Assembly (NCBI GenBank): GCA_031416075.1
Contig: JANOSY010000014.1
Coordinates: forward strand, 63,157 to 127,156
DNA: 64,000 bases
Origin: Candidatus Tenderia sp.
Lineage (GTDB): Bacteria; Pseudomonadota; Gammaproteobacteria; Tenderiales; Tenderiaceae
Reading direction: 5' to 3'
Part shown: positions 30,960 through 39,229 of the stretch, in pieces
Numbering within the stretch: position 1 is the first letter of the stretch
Layout of the letters: the number at the start of each line of letters is the position of its first letter
Translations under genes and position numbers: made by a program
Notes under the pieces: generated by a model
Database searches by the model: none
What the model was told of the DNA's origin: nothing
Seen by the model: only the letters and a program-made list of their open reading frames with translations

Positions 30960-32317
30960 TCTCCATTAACAGCCGTATGTTGATTGTTGCGGGCATTGTT
31001 CTGGCGGGGTTTTTAGGTATTACCGGGATGACGCTGGAGCGCTCCTTTGTTGCCAGTGCCGAAGATGCCTTAAAAGAGCGGCTGCGGGTCCATTTGACGG
31101 CGGTGATTGCTTCTGCCGATATTCGTGAAGATGGCTCGCTGCAGCTGGTTTACGCCTTGCCAGAGTCACGCTTCTTTATTGAAGGTTCTGGGCTCTATGC
31201 CAAAATTCTGGGCAACAATGGCAATATTCTTTGGGTCTCCCCCTCTATGGGGAAGCTGACCATCCCGGTGTATGCCGGGTTGGGACGTGGTGAGTCGCTG
31301 TATGAGGATCTTAAAACTTCCGAGGGTGCCCCAGTACTTGCCTATAGCCTGGGGGTGACGTGGGGTGATAGCGATAAGATTAAAGGTGGTTATACCTTTG
31401 TTGTGGCGGAGAGCCAGGACCGGTTGAATCAACAGGTTTTACAGTTTCGCCAAAATCTGTGGGGTTGGCTGGCGGGGGTGACCGTTGTGCTGCTGGTGAT
31501 GCTGACCATTATTTTGCGTTGGGGACTGGCACCACTGTGGCGGGTGGCGGAGGATCTGCGAGAGATTGAGGCCGGGCGTCACTCGGAGCTGCTTGGTCGT
31601 TATCCTAAAGAGTTGCGCGGACTGACGGACAACCTGAATGCCTTGATTCGCAGTAATCGTGAACATGAAGAGCGTTATCAGGCAAGCCTGGGTGATCTGG
31701 CGCATAGCCTGAAGACGCCGTTGGCGGTGTTGCGGGGGGTGATTGAGGTGTCGGGGCAGTCACTGCCAAGTCTGTGTGCCACGGTGGAAGAGCAGGTTCA
31801 GCGTATGGACCAGATTGTCCAGTACCAGTTACAACGTGCCGCGACTTCGGGGCGTACCGCGCTACTGGCCCCTGTGGATGTGGCGGCGATCACCGCAAAA
31901 GTGGTGAAGGCGCTGCATAAGGTGTATGCCGAAAAAGGGGTGCGGAGCCGGGTGGAGGTGGCCCCAGCACTGGATTTTCATTACAACGAAGGGGATCTGA
32001 TGGAGCTGCTGGGCAACGTGATCGATAACGCCTTTAAGTGGTCAGTGGGGCAGGTGGTGGTGCGTATCGACAAAGTGATCACTGTCCTGCCTGGTGCCGC
32101 GCTGTTGATTGAGGTGCAGGATGATGGCCCAGGCATTGAGCCGGAGAAGATTGCCACCGTATTGGCGCGTGGCGGGCGGCTGGATACGCAGGTGAGTGGC
32201 CACGGTTTGGGGCTGGCCCTGGTTCGTGACATCGTTGAGCTTTACCATGGGCGTCTGGAGATTCGTCGTGCCGAGATTGGCGGTGCGTCAGTGCGCATAG
32301 CGTTACCGTGGAGTTGA
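30956..32317 (+). CDS. PhoQ/CarS-like sensor histidine kinase
   Basis: 2 TM, LAHSLKTPL H-box, GNVIDNA.KW, DDGPG and GHGLGL. Confidence 0.92.
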   Translation: MISINSRMLIVAGIVLAGFLGITGMTLERSFVASAEDALKERLRVHLTAVIASADIREDGSLQLVYALPESRFFIEGSGLYAKILGNNGNILWVSPSMGKLTIPVYAGLGRGESLYEDLKTSEGAPVLAYSLGVTWGDSDKIKGGYTFVVAESQDRLNQQVLQFRQNLWGWLAGVTVVLLVMLTIILRWGLAPLWRVAEDLREIEAGRHSELLGRYPKELRGLTDNLNALIRSNREHEERYQASLGDLAHSLKTPLAVLRGVIEVSGQSLPSLCATVEEQVQRMDQIVQYQLQRAATSGRTALLAPVDVAAITAKVVKALHKVYAEKGVRSRVEVAPALDFHYNEGDLMELLGNVIDNAFKWSVGQVVVRIDKVITVLPGAALLIEVQDDGPGIEPEKIATVLARGGRLDTQVSGHGLGLALVRDIVELYHGRLEIRRAEIGGASVRIALPWS

Positions 32318-32323
32318 TAATAC

Positions 32324-32351
32324 TAAATGTATTAGCGCCCTTTGCCGATAC
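32324..32351 (+). promoter_or_regulatory. Possible sigma-28 promoter
   Basis: TAAA-N16-GCCGATAC (consensus spacing is N15). A similar TAAG-N16-GACGATAG lies at 32386-32413. Confidence 0.4.
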
Positions 32352-32424
32352 CCCAATGTACGTGTAGTTTTTACCTACGGGACAATAAGGAGTGTTGGGC
32401 CCCTCGACGATAGGAGTGTGTCCA

Positions 32425-32637
32425 ATGGATATCAGTGGCATTAGTAGTACAGCAGTGACTCAGGCCAGTAGCGCCAAAACGGGGGAGGAGGTGAGTATCG
32501 CGATCCTGAATAAGGCCCTCGATATTGAGTCCAAAACCGCTAAAGAGTTGATCAACAGCGTTGCCAGCCCTACACAAGAGGTTCCGCGTGAGAAGTTGGC
32601 CCCCCATCTTGGCAGTAACGTGGATGTTCAGGCATAG
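32425..32637 (+). CDS. YjfB-family small protein (putative motility protein)
   Basis: MDI...V.I.IL.KALD......LI..V...HLG.NVDV.A pattern; AGGAG RBS. Confidence 0.8.
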   Translation: MDISGISSTAVTQASSAKTGEEVSIAILNKALDIESKTAKELINSVASPTQEVPREKLAPHLGSNVDVQA

Positions 32638-33432
32638 TTAAAAAAACAGCTCCCCCCCCGCCAATGGATTGGTTCGAAACAGGTTCTCTACCAGCGCCTC
32701 AAAACTCAGCCCAAACTTTGGGCTGAGTTCTGCTGCCCGTTGCATCAGCCCGGCCCGGTCAAGCGTGCTGGGTGGTTGGCAAAAGGCAACCACAATCACA
32801 TTTTTATATCCGGTTACCGTCAGGCAGAGTGTCAGTTGCTGAAATTGCTGACGAATCTTTCTTAAAAGGGTGTGCAACTCCTGGCTATGGTTAATTAGCA
32901 GGTTGATCACCATGACCCCTTCCCGTGTGAGCACCCGATAACAGTGGCGGTAGAAGTCATCCTCCAGGAGTAACGTCGGCATACCGTTGTGGCTGTAAAT
33001 ATCCACTAGCAGCGTATCGACGGGGCGTTTGCTGGCGGCGATAAAGTGGCCAGCGTCGTCTACGATCAACTGGATGTTATTGGCCTCTGGCAGGGCAAAA
33101 TAGTGTTTACTGATATCCACCATCCCCGCGTCCAGCTCCACTGCTGTGATGTTGCAGCTGGGTAGCTGGTGATGGAGGTAGCGGACCAGATCCCCGCCCC
33201 CCAGCCCCAGCAGCAGGCAGCGCCGTGGTGCCGGTTGAAAGAGCAGGTTGGCCATCATCACTGGCATGTAAGGCAACAGCAGTGTGTACGGGGCTGCCAG
33301 ATCAACGGCGCTCTGTGTGGCGTGGGCGTCAGTTCGTAGTAGCCGCAGGGTGCCACTTTGATATACATCGATTGTTTGAAGAGCTGTCTGCTGCGTATGG
33401 ATTAGCTCACCGTATGGAAGGTCGATAGTTAT
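32638..33432 (-). CDS. Spermidine synthase-like SAM-dependent methyltransferase
   Basis: LLLGLGGG, VELD and D.LLVD.Y motifs. The frame stays open with family-like sequence up to an ATA at 33432. Start uncertain. Confidence 0.8.
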   Translation of the reverse strand: MTIDLPYGELIHTQQTALQTIDVYQSGTLRLLRTDAHATQSAVDLAAPYTLLLPYMPVMMANLLFQPAPRRCLLLGLGGGDLVRYLHHQLPSCNITAVELDAGMVDISKHYFALPEANNIQLIVDDAGHFIAASKRPVDTLLVDIYSHNGMPTLLLEDDFYRHCYRVLTREGVMVINLLINHSQELHTLLRKIRQQFQQLTLCLTVTGYKNVIVVAFCQPPSTLDRAGLMQRAAELSPKFGLSFEALVENLFRTNPLAGGELFF

Positions 33433-33519
33433 TTAACCTCTTTGCCAATGTTTGATCTGATGGAGCCATACAGCGCCCCGTTGTGTAGGGGCTGGAGGCC
33501 GACTCTTATGGGGTAGAGC

Positions 33520-33608
33520 ATAAAGGGAAGACGGGCGCGACTCAATCCTTGTGTCGGCCCGTCTTCAGGGGGGGGTAAATAGGTGGTTAAATCATTCAAC
33601 CTTCACTG
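33520..33608 (-). ncRNA. Candidate small RNA
   Basis: Intergenic. Minus strand reads hairpin GGTTGAA-tga-TTTAACC, then a C-rich linker, then a GAAGACGGGC/GCCCGTCTTC stem and CCTTTAT tail. Confidence 0.45.
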
Positions 33609-33665
33609 GGTGTAACGGCTGCGTTGGGGCAAACATGAGTCGTATTTCAGAAAAAATGTAAATTT

Positions 33666-34736
33666 TTAATCGGGCTTGCCCAGTTCGCCATGATGGTTGG
33701 CTGTGGCCATCAGGACGGTATTGAGCGGTAACTCATCACCACCACCGCCCAGTACATAGACGCGATTTTTATCGGTGGCCACGGCATAGGCGCTGCGCGG
33801 TTGTGGCAGTGGCGTGGTATAACGCCACGGGGCTAAGGTGCCATCGGTGTTGATGCGTGTGACCTCAACACTGTTGAGTCGGCTGTTGCCAGTGTGTCCA
33901 CCGGCGATATAAAGGTGCTGGTTGATGACAAACGCCTCCGCGACCAGTCGTGGTGTGAGCAGGGGATGGGGGTCTATCTGCCAGGGCGAGAGGGTCTGGT
34001 CAGGCTGGATCTGGCTTGATTCCACGTCACCATAGCTGGCCTGGCCTGGATCACGCATATGGCCGCCGAGCAGGTAGAGTCTGTTTTTGTGGCGGGCGGC
34101 GGCATGGATGTAGCGGTCGATAAGTGATTCGTACTGCTCCTTCTGCCACTCACCAATGGTTCCATCCCCATTCAGCGCAGCACGTTCGCTGGATTTGAGA
34201 AACTGGCCATCGTAACCGCCAGTGGCGTAGAGGATATTTTGGTGCAACACCAGCTTGAGGCCACGGCGTGCGGTGGTCATATGGCTGACCACTTGCCACG
34301 GCCCCAGTGAGCCATCTCTGTTGATGGAGGCACGTTCGATCGAGTCGAGTGGATAGTTCTCATAGCCACGCTCACCACTGCCACCGCCAAGGGTGTAGAG
34401 ATAGCCGTTAGTGGCGACGGCAGCATTGTAGAAACGCCCCTGATTCAGGTCGCTGCTGAGTTGCCACGGGCCAAGCCGACCATTGCCATTGATGTGTGCG
34501 TACTCCACCGTCTGTACATAATGGCCATCGCCATCAATACCGCCAATGAGATAGAGGTGGTTGTTATATACCACCGCTGCAGGTGCACGGCGGGCGTAGT
34601 GAAAGGAGGTTTCGCTGCTCCAGCCACTTTGCCACGCTTGAGTGGTGGGCTGGGTTGAGGAGCCACTGACCAGCCAGATGATGAGGGGGATGAGTAGGCC
34701 AAGGCCGAGAACAGGGACGGCAAACTGTTTAAACAT
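33666..34736 (-). CDS. Membrane-anchored Kelch-repeat beta-propeller protein
   Basis: N-terminal TM and six repeats of R......(hydrophobic)Y..GG; most repeats end in DG.L.PW. Confidence 0.85.
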   Translation of the reverse strand: MFKQFAVPVLGLGLLIPLIIWLVSGSSTQPTTQAWQSGWSSETSFHYARRAPAAVVYNNHLYLIGGIDGDGHYVQTVEYAHINGNGRLGPWQLSSDLNQGRFYNAAVATNGYLYTLGGGSGERGYENYPLDSIERASINRDGSLGPWQVVSHMTTARRGLKLVLHQNILYATGGYDGQFLKSSERAALNGDGTIGEWQKEQYESLIDRYIHAAARHKNRLYLLGGHMRDPGQASYGDVESSQIQPDQTLSPWQIDPHPLLTPRLVAEAFVINQHLYIAGGHTGNSRLNSVEVTRINTDGTLAPWRYTTPLPQPRSAYAVATDKNRVYVLGGGGDELPLNTVLMATANHHGELGKPD

Positions 34737-34757
34737 GGTATTGACTGCAAAGTGGTG

Positions 34758-34791
34758 AACATCAGCAGAGTCTACAGACTCTGCTGATGTT
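34758..34791. repeat. Perfect 16-bp inverted repeat between lon and the Kelch gene
   Basis: AACATCAGCAGAGTCT-ac-AGACTCTGCTGATGTT with no U tract. Confidence 0.8.
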
Positions 34792-34805
34792 ACAACAGGC
34801 GTTGA

Positions 34806-37217
34806 TCAGCCAAAGACAACCGCAGCGACATCTTTGTATTGCTTGGCAAAATGTACAGTCATGCCAGTGCGGATATGGGCCGGCAACTCATCAAAGTCTT
34901 TGCGATTGGCCTCGGGCAGAATCACCTCCATGATGCGGATGCGACGGGCGGCAATCACCTTTTCACGTATGCCGCCCACGGCCAGTACCTGACCGGTGAG
35001 AGTCAGCTCCCCCGTCATCGCCAGCAGTCGGGGTATTTTCTGGTTGCGTGCCAGGGAGAGCAGTGCGGTGGCCATGGTCACTCCGGCACTGGGGCCATCC
35101 TTGGGGGTCGCGCCTTCGGGCACGTGGACGTGGATGAAGGCCTTGTCAAAATGATCGCTGCTGCATTTAAACTCCTTGAGATGTGAGGCGATAAAGCTGT
35201 AAGCAATCTCTGCCGACTCCTTCATCACATCACCAAGGTTGCCGGTGAGCTTGAAGCCCCTGTTGTTACTATGGATCTGGCTCGCCTCCAGGGTGAGTGT
35301 GGCCCCTCCCATGGAGGTCCAGGCCAGGCCGTTGACAATACCAATACCGGAGGGTGGTTTCTCCTGTTTAAAAAAGGGCTGCCCAAGGTAGTTCTGTACA
35401 TCTTTGATGGAGATGCTCTTTTGGCGTTTTGTTTTGGGTTTGGTGACAAACTCAACCACCGCCTTGCGTACCATTCGGCCCAGCTTTTTCTCCAGATTGC
35501 GTACCCCGGCCTCGCGGGCATATCCCTCGATCACATAGCTGAGGGCGGCATCAGATATTTTTAGCTGATTTTTTTTCAGCCCGGCGTTCTCCAGCTGTCG
35601 TGGCCAGAGGTGATGTTTGGCGATCTGCACCTTCTCGTCAGTGATGTAACCGGCAAGACGAATAATCTCCATGCGGTCAAGCAACGGACCGGGAATGGTG
35701 TCGAGGGTATTGGCTGTGCAGATAAACAGGACCTTGGAGAGATCGAGACGCACGTCCAGATAGTGGTCAAGGAACTCGGCATTCTGTTCCGGATCGAGCA
35801 TCTCAAGCATGGCAGAGGCGGGATCGCCCCGATATGAGCTGCCAACCTTGTCTATTTCGTCCAGCATAATGATGGGGTTGGCGGTGCCTACATCCTTAAG
35901 TGCCTGTACCATCTTGCCTGGCATAGCACCAATATAGGTGCGGCGATGTCCTTTGATCTCCGCCTCATCGCGCATACCGCCTAAGGAGAAACGGTAGAAC
36001 TTGCGCCCCAAGGTGCGGGCAATGCTGCGACCGATCGAGGTTTTACCAACGCCGGGCGGGCCCACCAGCAGGATAATAGAGCCGGAAACCTCACCTTTCA
36101 GGCTACCCACCGCCAAGAACTCGATAATGCGCTCTTTAACGTCCGCCAGCCCGTCATGGTCTTCATCGAGAATGGCGTGGGCCTCTTTTAGATTGAATTT
36201 GTCTTTGGAGTAGACCCCCCAAGGGATGGTGGTTATCCAGTCCAGATAGTTGCGGGTGACCGCGTATTCGGGCGAACTTGAGTCAAGAATCCGTAATTTG
36301 TCCAGCTCGTCATCAATGACCTTGCGTGCTTTAACGGGTATTCTCAGCGTGCTGAGTCGCTCACCGAATTTGTCGATGTCGGCCTGACGATCATCCTTGG
36401 AGATCCCCAGCTCCTGCTGGATCACCTTGAGTTGTTCACGCAAGAAAAATTTGCGCTGATGGTCGCTGATCTTGCGCTCCACTGATTGCCGGATCTGCGC
36501 CTGTAGTTTGGCGACATCCAGCTCCTTTTTAATCAGAATCAGGACTTTCTGCATACGGCGGCGGATATCCACAGTATCAAGAATGTCCTGTAGCTCCTCC
36601 TTCTCCGCCGTGGTGAGTGCTGCAGCAAAGTCGGTCAGTGGTGAGGGTTCATTAGGGCCAAAGCGGTCAAGGAAATAACGTAACTCCTCACTATACAGCG
36701 GGTTGAGAGGTACCAGCTCCTTGAGGGTATTGATGATGGCCATCGCATAGGCCTTGGTTTGGCCACTGGCAGGTCTTTTGTCTTCAGGATATTCAACACG
36801 TGCCAGATAGGGGGGGGTCATTGAGAGCCACTCCACCACCTGAAAACGTTGCAACCCTTCGGCAATAAACTGGATTTTGCCATCGGAGCGCATCGGGTGG
36901 TGTAGACGTACCACGCTGCCAATGGGGTAAAAATCATCAGCCTTGGCACCTTCCTCTTCGTTAGGGCGCACCAATAACAGCCCCCCCACCTGAGCGGGAG
37001 TCTCTCCGATCTTTTTAACCGTATCTAACCAGGGATCTTCGGCCATCAGAACAGGCAGTGTTTGTGCTGGGAAAAAAGGGCGTTCCGCCAGCGGTAAAAC
37101 GTAGAGTGTCTGGGGCAGCGCCTGGTTTGTCAGAGCAAGGTCTGATGAAAATATATCCTCCTCGTTATGCAGAAGTTCTGGTTCGAGCAGATCATCAAGG
37201 TCTTTACGCATAGTCAT
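34806..37217 (-). CDS. lon: Endopeptidase La (Lon protease, second-copy type)
   Basis: GPPGVGKTS, GHRRTYIGAMPG, PKDGPSAG and GGIREK catalytic motifs. Confidence 0.96.
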   Translation of the reverse strand: MTMRKDLDDLLEPELLHNEEDIFSSDLALTNQALPQTLYVLPLAERPFFPAQTLPVLMAEDPWLDTVKKIGETPAQVGGLLLVRPNEEEGAKADDFYPIGSVVRLHHPMRSDGKIQFIAEGLQRFQVVEWLSMTPPYLARVEYPEDKRPASGQTKAYAMAIINTLKELVPLNPLYSEELRYFLDRFGPNEPSPLTDFAAALTTAEKEELQDILDTVDIRRRMQKVLILIKKELDVAKLQAQIRQSVERKISDHQRKFFLREQLKVIQQELGISKDDRQADIDKFGERLSTLRIPVKARKVIDDELDKLRILDSSSPEYAVTRNYLDWITTIPWGVYSKDKFNLKEAHAILDEDHDGLADVKERIIEFLAVGSLKGEVSGSIILLVGPPGVGKTSIGRSIARTLGRKFYRFSLGGMRDEAEIKGHRRTYIGAMPGKMVQALKDVGTANPIIMLDEIDKVGSSYRGDPASAMLEMLDPEQNAEFLDHYLDVRLDLSKVLFICTANTLDTIPGPLLDRMEIIRLAGYITDEKVQIAKHHLWPRQLENAGLKKNQLKISDAALSYVIEGYAREAGVRNLEKKLGRMVRKAVVEFVTKPKTKRQKSISIKDVQNYLGQPFFKQEKPPSGIGIVNGLAWTSMGGATLTLEASQIHSNNRGFKLTGNLGDVMKESAEIAYSFIASHLKEFKCSSDHFDKAFIHVHVPEGATPKDGPSAGVTMATALLSLARNQKIPRLLAMTGELTLTGQVLAVGGIREKVIAARRIRIMEVILPEANRKDFDELPAHIRTGMTVHFAKQYKDVAAVVFG

Positions 37218-37384
37218 TCCCTGGCTGTTTTTCTTCAATGGAGTGCAGTGTGACCATATTGGTCAAATAGTGTTTATATTGAATGAGTTCCTGACTCACT
37301 GCATCGGCTGACAAAGGCAATACTTTTGTTTTTTCTGCCGATGAGCTGGCAGTATAGTCAGCAAATTGAATGGCCACCAAACTA

Positions 37385-37996
37385 ATGGATAAAATAATGA
37401 ATTATGGTGAAGTTGAAATAGAGAGCCGCACAATCTGCTTTCAAGGGTTTTTTCGCCTGGAAAAATTCCGCTTGCGCCACACCCTGTTTGCCGGCGGCAT
37501 GAGCCAAACCATGAGTCGTGAGCTTTTTGAGCGCGGCCATGCTGTGGCAGTACTGCCCTATGACCCCGTGTTGGACAGAGTGGTGCTGATAGAACAGTTT
37601 CGCATCGGCGCACTGAATGACTCACAAGGCCCTTGGTTAACCGAGATCGTCGCAGGCATGGTGGCTGCTGATGAAACAGCAGAAGGGGTGGCTCAACGTG
37701 AGGCACAGGAAGAGGCAGGTTGCCACATTGGTGAGTTGTTACCCATTTACCGGTTCTACCCAAGCCCCGGCGGGAGCAGTGAATCCATTATGCTGTTTTG
37801 TGGCCGCGTAGATGCCAGCACCATTGGTGGTACTTATGGTCTAGCTGAAGAGAATGAAGATATCCGGGTTTTTACGGTTGGACTATCAGAAGCGCTGGAG
37901 TGGGTTGAGAGTGGGCGTATAAATTCTGCTGCACCGATTATGGCATTACAGTGGTTGGCATTAAATAAAAAGAGAGTTTTAGGTATTTGGCCCTGA
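37385..37996 (+). CDS. nudF: ADP-ribose pyrophosphatase (Nudix)
   Basis: RELFERGHA..VLPYDP, EQFRIG, Nudix box AG...ET...A.REA.EEAG, SPGG and E.EDI. Start 37370-37397. Confidence 0.9.
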   Translation: MDKIMNYGEVEIESRTICFQGFFRLEKFRLRHTLFAGGMSQTMSRELFERGHAVAVLPYDPVLDRVVLIEQFRIGALNDSQGPWLTEIVAGMVAADETAEGVAQREAQEEAGCHIGELLPIYRFYPSPGGSSESIMLFCGRVDASTIGGTYGLAEENEDIRVFTVGLSEALEWVESGRINSAAPIMALQWLALNKKRVLGIWP

Positions 37997-38020
37997 TAGG
38001 CACGAGATAAAACACCACAA

Positions 38021-38047
38021 AACAAAAGAGGGGCACAAGGCCCCTCT
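38021..38047 (-). terminator. Rho-independent terminator of the secreted-protein gene
   Basis: AGAGGGGC/GCCCCTCT stem followed by TTTTGTTT on the minus strand. Confidence 0.7.
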
Positions 38048-38069
38048 CAGTTACAGTACAAACCGATTA

Positions 38070-39053
38070 CTAAGGCAGGAATATATCTGTGATCGGGCCT
38101 TTGGTGACGGTGCTACCCCATATTGCATCAGACCAACCCACAGAAGCTGACTTGACTAAGTCAAATATAGCTATTTTGTTGACCGGATTAACAGTCATGT
38201 TAGCGTAGGTGCTAAACCCAAATCCAAGTCCGGCGGTTGCAGAGTCTTGTCCTATGTAAATGGCTTGTATGTTTGCACCACGTGTACCGGTGTTAACACC
38301 TAGAGCGCTATCTCCTACCCAAGTGAGGGTGCCGCCAGTCGGCCCAGTTAAGACGATGGTGTTTGGTGTTGCCGGCTGCACTACGTAATCACCCTGTTTA
38401 TCAACAAGAACGAAGTTTTGTCCATCGCTAGGCACTGAGCCAATAGGAGAGAAGGATGTGATTTTCATCCCTTTTCCAGTAGGTACTCTGCTGGTGGTTG
38501 GGTCGTTGTAGCCGACCTGTTTGTAAAGGAAATGGGTTTCAAAGCCATCACCAGCTGTAACTGTAGGAGCAGTAATGGCCTGCTTTAATTCGACAAAGTC
38601 CTTTGCCCAACCGGTTCCAATGGTAGAGGCATTGGTGAAATTAACTGTATGGGCGATACCTGTCCCTACAGGTGGTACAACTTGCGCCTGAAAAATGCGC
38701 TGTTTGTCGAGAATACCGTTGCTACCACTGAAACTAACAAAGTTTTCATTAGCAAAGGCGAGGTTTTCTAAAGCCGCTGGATTTGCCGCATTGGCATCAG
38801 GCATGGTGACGATGGTCTGGAAAAACTGTTTGCCAGTGGCTTGATCAACAACTAAGCGGCTGAAAAACCCTTTTTCGCTTATAGCTGTACCGCAAGAGGT
38901 AAAGTTTCCAGCCCCCGTGGCGCAGCCTGCGCTGATAGTACCACCGGTTACGGTCCAGTTATCAAAATGGGCCTTTGATGGTTCTGCTTGCGCCGCTCCA
39001 GCCAGCAGCAATGCTACTGTTCCTACTGAGCTTGCAATTCTATATGATTTCAT
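38070..39053 (-). CDS. Hypothetical secreted protein (Thr/Gly/Ala-rich)
   Basis: ATG after a GGAG RBS; Sec signal peptide ending AQA; one Cys pair; no recognised family. Confidence 0.75.
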   Translation of the reverse strand: MKSYRIASSVGTVALLLAGAAQAEPSKAHFDNWTVTGGTISAGCATGAGNFTSCGTAISEKGFFSRLVVDQATGKQFFQTIVTMPDANAANPAALENLAFANENFVSFSGSNGILDKQRIFQAQVVPPVGTGIAHTVNFTNASTIGTGWAKDFVELKQAITAPTVTAGDGFETHFLYKQVGYNDPTTSRVPTGKGMKITSFSPIGSVPSDGQNFVLVDKQGDYVVQPATPNTIVLTGPTGGTLTWVGDSALGVNTGTRGANIQAIYIGQDSATAGLGFGFSTYANMTVNPVNKIAIFDLVKSASVGWSDAIWGSTVTKGPITDIFLP

Positions 39054-39229
39054 TGTTAAGTCTCCCTGGTCTTTTTGAACTGTTGCACCATGACCGCTTA
39101 CCCTAAATACCACAATTACCCCAGTTGATATTTAATGCTGCCAAATCTTAGCTACACTTTCTCACCCGCTATTTATACCAAAGAAATTTAATTAATGAAA
39201 GTACGATTTGTGCCGGGGGCGTGAATTTA

